Made by a program: the position numbers and the translations under genes. DNA of 29,193 bases, from the IMG/VR virus record IMGVR_UViG_3300032040_000218, positions 1 through 29,193 of that record. One strand, given 5' to 3'. Source of the DNA: a virus. Lineage: Duplodnaviria; Caudoviricetes. This document shows positions 25,079-29,193 of the stretch, piece by piece; the stretch's first letter is position 1, and each line of letters opens with the position of its first letter. Below the pieces are notes generated by a model. That model was given only the letters and a program-made list of their open reading frames with translations, was not told the origin of the DNA and ran no database searches.

Positions 25079-26342
25079 CTGCCCCCTTGCTTGGCGTTCC
25101 AGCGACGTTCGGCGGATCGTAATAGACACCGCCAGCCCCATCAGGACGCGGGTTTTCATCTTCCAGTGCGCGGATTTCGTCGGGGCTGTAGACCCCCCAT
25201 TGAAGGCCCTTCACATAGGCCTCCCACCGCGCCTTGATATCGCCTTTGACCAGCGCCGCCCGGTTGAATCGTGCATATAGATCAGGTTCATCTTCCGGGA
25301 TAAGATCGCGGCCAATGGCCTCTTCCCACATCGTGAGATGATCTTCCAAAGTGTAGGCGATGAACCCAAGCGACTTTTGCTCCAGGCCTGTGCCCCAGTT
25401 GCTATCGCTGCCCGAGTTGTCACCCAGCATCGATGGCGGGACACCCATGAACATCGCAATGTCAGTCCGCGAGAATTTTCGGCCCTCAATCCACTGAACA
25501 TCCTCAGCAGACATAGAGGCGAAAGACATTTCCATGCCTTCCTCAAGGATCAGCGCCTTGCCCTCGCTGTTTCCGCCGGAACGGTATGCGTCCAAACTGG
25601 TCCGCAACATCTCTTGGCCCTCAAGCCCGAGCGTGTTCGGATGCTTTAGCACCGCACTCGGCCGTGCGCCGTTTTTGAATGTGGCTGCCCCATGCGATTC
25701 CATCGACAGCGACAGGCCAATGCTTTCCCGCGCATAGGTAATCGGGGACACGCCCCGGAACCCGTCCAGGGTCAGCCCCGCCAGATGAAATACATCATCC
25801 TGCCCCAGACGCACCTTGCGCCCATCCTTGCGGGTGAACTCATAAGCCAGAGACAGATCGTCGTTTTGCTTTACCTCGACGCGATCCGGAGCCATCGGCA
25901 CCAACTCTATAACCGCACCGCGCGAAACAACCTTGAGCGCATAGCCATTGCCCCGCAACAGGACATTCGCCTGCATCATGCGCCGAAACTGTGACGGCGT
26001 CTGCCAGCGGTTCGGCTTGCGCCGCAACAGCTTCCACAGCGGGTTATCAGAAGCATCTTCGCGGGTCTTGGCATCAACCCTCCGCTTGACGTGCAACGGC
26101 AGAGTAGCCACAGCCCCAGAGATAACGCGCACCGACGCATAGACCGCCGCAACGCGCATTGCCGTGTCAGGCGTGACAACCGCGCCCGAGCCAGTCACAG
26201 CGCCCGAACGCAGAGCTTGCTCCAATTCAGCCGACGTGCGCACATCGATACCGCCGTCGGCGTAAGAGGCCGTCGGTGCTCTGGGCGCTGGCTGTTCGAG
26301 ACGACGCGCGCCGCCGCCGAACCAGCCTTTGAAAATTCCCAT
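25062..26342 (-). CDS. Portal protein, HK97 family
   Basis: 426 aa. AVYASVRVIS, PNRWQT, LLRGNGY, FKNGARP and DEIRALED. Confidence 0.96.
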   Translation of the reverse strand: MGIFKGWFGGGARRLEQPAPRAPTASYADGGIDVRTSAELEQALRSGAVTGSGAVVTPDTAMRVAAVYASVRVISGAVATLPLHVKRRVDAKTREDASDNPLWKLLRRKPNRWQTPSQFRRMMQANVLLRGNGYALKVVSRGAVIELVPMAPDRVEVKQNDDLSLAYEFTRKDGRKVRLGQDDVFHLAGLTLDGFRGVSPITYARESIGLSLSMESHGAATFKNGARPSAVLKHPNTLGLEGQEMLRTSLDAYRSGGNSEGKALILEEGMEMSFASMSAEDVQWIEGRKFSRTDIAMFMGVPPSMLGDNSGSDSNWGTGLEQKSLGFIAYTLEDHLTMWEEAIGRDLIPEDEPDLYARFNRAALVKGDIKARWEAYVKGLQWGVYSPDEIRALEDENPRPDGAGGVYYDPPNVAGTPSKGADDVTD

Positions 26343-26353
26343 ATATACGGCCC

Positions 26354-28138
26354 TTACATTACCAGTGCGCCGCGAGCCTCGTAGACTGAGGGCCCAACGA
26401 TACTTTCGGCGACAGCGCCGAGCGGCCAGAGTGCGTTAATCAGCGCATCGATTCCGTCAATCTTGTCTTCCGGCGCCAGCTTGGTCGGAAATATGTAATC
26501 ACCGCCTGGCACTTGCTTCAGCAGCGTATTGCTCGCCATCCATGTCAGAACGGGATTGCCGTCATTGATCAGCCGGCGATCATCGACCGCGGCGATCAAC
26601 CTATTGAACGGCTCATTGGTGTTCGCGGCGCGCTTGCGAAGCTCAACCGCCTGTATTCCGGCCTCGACCCAAGTCGCCGCCATCTGTTGCGCAAACTGGG
26701 CATCATAGATGACCATATCGACGTCCAGCTCGGGCAGACCACGCCAACCCCACTCATTGCGCGGGTCATGTTCACGACCGTATCCGGCCAGATGCATGAC
26801 AAGCGCCTCGACAATACGCAGATCCAGCTCCGCCCCTGGCGTGGTCAGGATGTGCCCTTTGCTCGCCCATCCCCACAGGTGCTCATTTCCCGGGGCATCG
26901 ACCACCTTTTGCGGCAGGAAGTGCCAGCTGAACACAGCCAACGGACCCTTGCTCGGGTTATTAGAGTCCGGAAAGACCACCGTGACGCTCGATGGATCAT
27001 GCCGCGTGGCCAGGTCGACACCGATGTAAGCGCGCCGCCCCTCAAAATTCTCCAGCTTCATTGTTGGGTCTTCGCTCGCCCGCCACGCGTCCATATCGAT
27101 CGCCGATGCGCCAACACTGGTCCAGATGTCCAAGTGCTTGCGGAGAAATTCACCCATTGCGGCCGGGCTGGCTGCAGCTTTCCTCCATTCATCCTGCATG
27201 TATTGCAGCGACTTGGCCGCATGCAGGCTCGGGTTGGCTTTTTCCCACGTGGCCTGATCACCCGGGTCGTCGCCTTCGTCGGCCTCAAAGATCAGGCCGA
27301 AATAGCTATCATCCTCAAACACTCCCTCGAGTATCCGCTGCAAATATTTCCGCTGTTCGTAGCAGATACCGCCGGTGTTATAGCCAGCCGTTGTGATCGC
27401 AATCAGCAGCGGCTGCTCACGGGCCCCAAGGGCCGATGCCATTGAGTCCCAGACGTCCCGTTTTTCATGTTCGTGCAGCTCATCGACGATCGCACAATGC
27501 GGGTTCTTGCCGTCCTTCGATTTTGTCTGGCTGGCAATGGGCTGGAAGACTGCCGCCGGATCCGACGTCTTGATCTTGTGTTCCTCGACGTGAAACCCGA
27601 GGAGCTCATCGAGGCTCATCCCCTCGGCCCGCCCAGACAGCGCCATGACACGGGCGACATCGAAGACGATCCGCGCCTGGTGGGTCGACGCCGCAGCCGA
27701 ATATACCTTTGCGCCCGGCTCCCCATCGGGCCCGAGAAAATATAGACCGACACCCGCCAGCAAAGTTGACTTGCCATTCTTTCGTGGCACCTCAACGTAG
27801 GCCGTCCGGAACCTGCGAATGCCGGTGACCATGTGGCGCCAGCCACCGATCTGGCTGATCAGAAATGCCTGCCAGCCAAGCAGCGTCATCGTTTCGTTGC
27901 GCGCGGCCCACGCCCCCTCGATATGCGGCAGGGCCTCTATGAAGCCGCACATGTGTTCTGCCGCCTCCGCATCAAAGACATACGGAAACTGATCCGTGTT
28001 GGAGCGTTTCAGGTCTGCGCGAAATCTCTTGCAGGCCTGTTTGATGCGCTTGCAGCTGGGAACCTTGTTTGACAGCACACCGTCGACCCAATCCAGCGCT
28101 CGCAGCGTGATCGGCGTCTCGACCAAACCATCGAGCAT
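26354..28138 (-). CDS. terL: Terminase large subunit
   Basis: 594 aa. LLGWQ, Walker A VPRKNGKST, Walker B IVDELH, ITTAG, WEKANP, and nuclease motifs GVDLA and KIDGIDA. Confidence 0.96.
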   Translation of the reverse strand: MLDGLVETPITLRALDWVDGVLSNKVPSCKRIKQACKRFRADLKRSNTDQFPYVFDAEAAEHMCGFIEALPHIEGAWAARNETMTLLGWQAFLISQIGGWRHMVTGIRRFRTAYVEVPRKNGKSTLLAGVGLYFLGPDGEPGAKVYSAAASTHQARIVFDVARVMALSGRAEGMSLDELLGFHVEEHKIKTSDPAAVFQPIASQTKSKDGKNPHCAIVDELHEHEKRDVWDSMASALGAREQPLLIAITTAGYNTGGICYEQRKYLQRILEGVFEDDSYFGLIFEADEGDDPGDQATWEKANPSLHAAKSLQYMQDEWRKAAASPAAMGEFLRKHLDIWTSVGASAIDMDAWRASEDPTMKLENFEGRRAYIGVDLATRHDPSSVTVVFPDSNNPSKGPLAVFSWHFLPQKVVDAPGNEHLWGWASKGHILTTPGAELDLRIVEALVMHLAGYGREHDPRNEWGWRGLPELDVDMVIYDAQFAQQMAATWVEAGIQAVELRKRAANTNEPFNRLIAAVDDRRLINDGNPVLTWMASNTLLKQVPGGDYIFPTKLAPEDKIDGIDALINALWPLGAVAESIVGPSVYEARGALVM

Positions 28139-28141
28139 GAT

Positions 28142-28591
28142 CTAACGGCCCGTTTTTCTTGCCATAGGCTTGAACGGCATCACTTTCGCGCCGCCACCTG
28201 CATCGGGCGGCCCGGCATCAAGCTGATCCATGAAGTCGGTCTGCACCGAAACGCCGCTCTTGGCTCGAGCATAGGGCGTGGCCAGTAGCTCTCGCTCAAG
28301 CGTCAACAGTTTGTTTTCATGGAAAGCCCGGCTCTGTTCCTTGCCAGACAGATAGTTGTTCGCCGTTGCCTCGAACTCCTCGTCCGCAATTTCTTGCGAC
28401 AACTTGTCAAAGGCTGCCCGGTGGGACGCATAGCGGACCACGATGCCAAAGACAGCTTCATCCAGAACACGGCCACGACGCAGAACCGCCAGAAGGCTTT
28501 CGCCGTGCTGCCTTTCATCCTGGCCGAAGTAATCGGGCCATCCGCCCAGAAGGGTGACTAGTCTTTCCATCGCTGATGCTGAACTATCCAT
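28142..28591 (-). CDS. Terminase small subunit (P27-like, divergent)
   Basis: 149 aa directly upstream of terL, with an ERELLATPYAR motif. Confidence 0.75.
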   Translation of the reverse strand: MDSSASAMERLVTLLGGWPDYFGQDERQHGESLLAVLRRGRVLDEAVFGIVVRYASHRAAFDKLSQEIADEEFEATANNYLSGKEQSRAFHENKLLTLERELLATPYARAKSGVSVQTDFMDQLDAGPPDAGGGAKVMPFKPMARKTGR

Positions 28592-28595
28592 AAGA

Positions 28596-28690
28596 CCCCC
28601 CCCTCTAACTTGCGCGCGGATAAATCAAGTTACCCACGCCGGTCCCGGGCAACGGCGATTCCAGAGTTCTGACTGCCCCCCCGGGGTGCC
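28596..28690 (-). other. Candidate cos packaging region
   Basis: Lies at the HNH/terminase-small junction, where HK97-like cos sites occur. Minus strand shows a G-run, GACCGGCG, CGCGCGCAA and a second G-run. The cut site cannot be fixed by eye. Confidence 0.45.
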
Positions 28691-29058
28691 ATGCGCCGCT
28701 CGAGGCGCTGTTTCTTGATATCGTGGCACGATTTACAGAGCGATTGCAGTTCACCAAACCAGAACAGCGCGTGATCACCACGGTGTGGAACCATGTGATC
28801 CGCGATCGTTGCGGGCTGTTTCGACCAGTCAGGACACATACGGCACAAGGGCTCTGCACCAAGCTGTCGCAGGCGCCTTCCATACTTGCCACTCCATGCC
28901 GCCCGCTTATACCACTTGCGGCTATCGCTGGCAGTTCGCCCAACATCAGACCGGACAGATCGTTCTGCCTGTTCCGAGGTTGTATGGCTTGCGCAATACG
29001 ACTGACCTATCGACACTAAACGGTTACATCCGGGGCGAGCGCACGGCTTCTTCGGCAT
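28630..29058 (-). CDS. HNH endonuclease (HK97 gp74-like terminase cofactor)
   Basis: Start moved to ATG 29058 (RBS AAGGAGG). PCARPGC, PLCRMC, DHMVPHRGD and LQSLCKSCHDIK motifs. Confidence 0.92.
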   Translation of the reverse strand: MPKKPCARPGCNRLVSIGQSYCASHTTSEQAERSVRSDVGRTASDSRKWYKRAAWSGKYGRRLRQLGAEPLCRMCPDWSKQPATIADHMVPHRGDHALFWFGELQSLCKSCHDIKKQRLERRMAPRGGSQNSGIAVARDRRG

Positions 29059-29193
29059 GGTCCAACCCTCCTTGAAACTCACGCCTGCCCGTCGGCCCAA
29101 TGGCCGGATCGGTCGTGAGACAATGGCGCGTCGGTATTTCTCTGGCCATTCGTGGCCAGCGGCTCGACCGGGCGGCTCTCTGGTATTCAGTAC

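Larger units (their letters stand above)
3077..29193 (-). mobile_element. HK97/lambda-like siphoviral prophage (late and lysis region; continues beyond the right edge)
   Basis: Co-oriented packaging, head, neck, tail and lysis genes with many 1- or 4-nt stop/start overlaps, ending at a tRNA-derived att site. Confidence 0.95.

Noticed and set aside
23318-27445. Plus-strand ORFs 23318-24679 and 26513-27445
   Set aside because: Antisense shadows of the capsid, protease and terminase genes.
10137-28138. Gene transfer agent (RcGTA-like cluster)
   Set aside because: A long tape measure, HNH cofactor, embedded lysis genes, accessory insertions and a tRNA att site fit a true temperate phage. The RcGTA NlpC/P60 gene is absent.
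1-29193. CRISPR array, IS element, rRNA
   Set aside because: No regularly spaced repeats, transposase motifs or rRNA-like sequence were seen; the window is almost fully coding.

Overview
The window appears to come from an alphaproteobacterial, probably Rhodobacteraceae-like, chromosome. It has two host genes on + (dnaB and a translationally coupled metallo-beta-lactamase-fold gene). These are followed by an 18-bp copy of a tRNA-Leu 3' end at 3077-3094, the likely att junction. The rest is the late region of an HK97/lambda-like siphoviral prophage, almost all on the minus strand. Read right to left it encodes an HNH nuclease, terminase subunits, portal, ClpP-type protease, major capsid, a decoration protein, neck proteins, tail tube, a tail chaperone pair with a clear -1 frameshift site, tape measure, distal tail and hub proteins, a 1406-aa central fibre and small tip proteins. 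The most unusual points are: (i) a GNAT acetyltransferase coupled into the tail-tip slot where an NlpC/P60-type protein is expected; (ii) two different lysis cassettes separated by a three-gene collar/collagen/lectin fibre module, with the second endolysin possibly 5'-damaged; (iii) several inserted accessory genes, including an antisense exported protein before the tape measure and a small + strand operon next to att; (iv) two similar GNRA hairpins flanking the decoration gene. Integrase, immunity and replication genes are not in the window. All family assignments come from motif and synteny recognition by eye; no searches were run.
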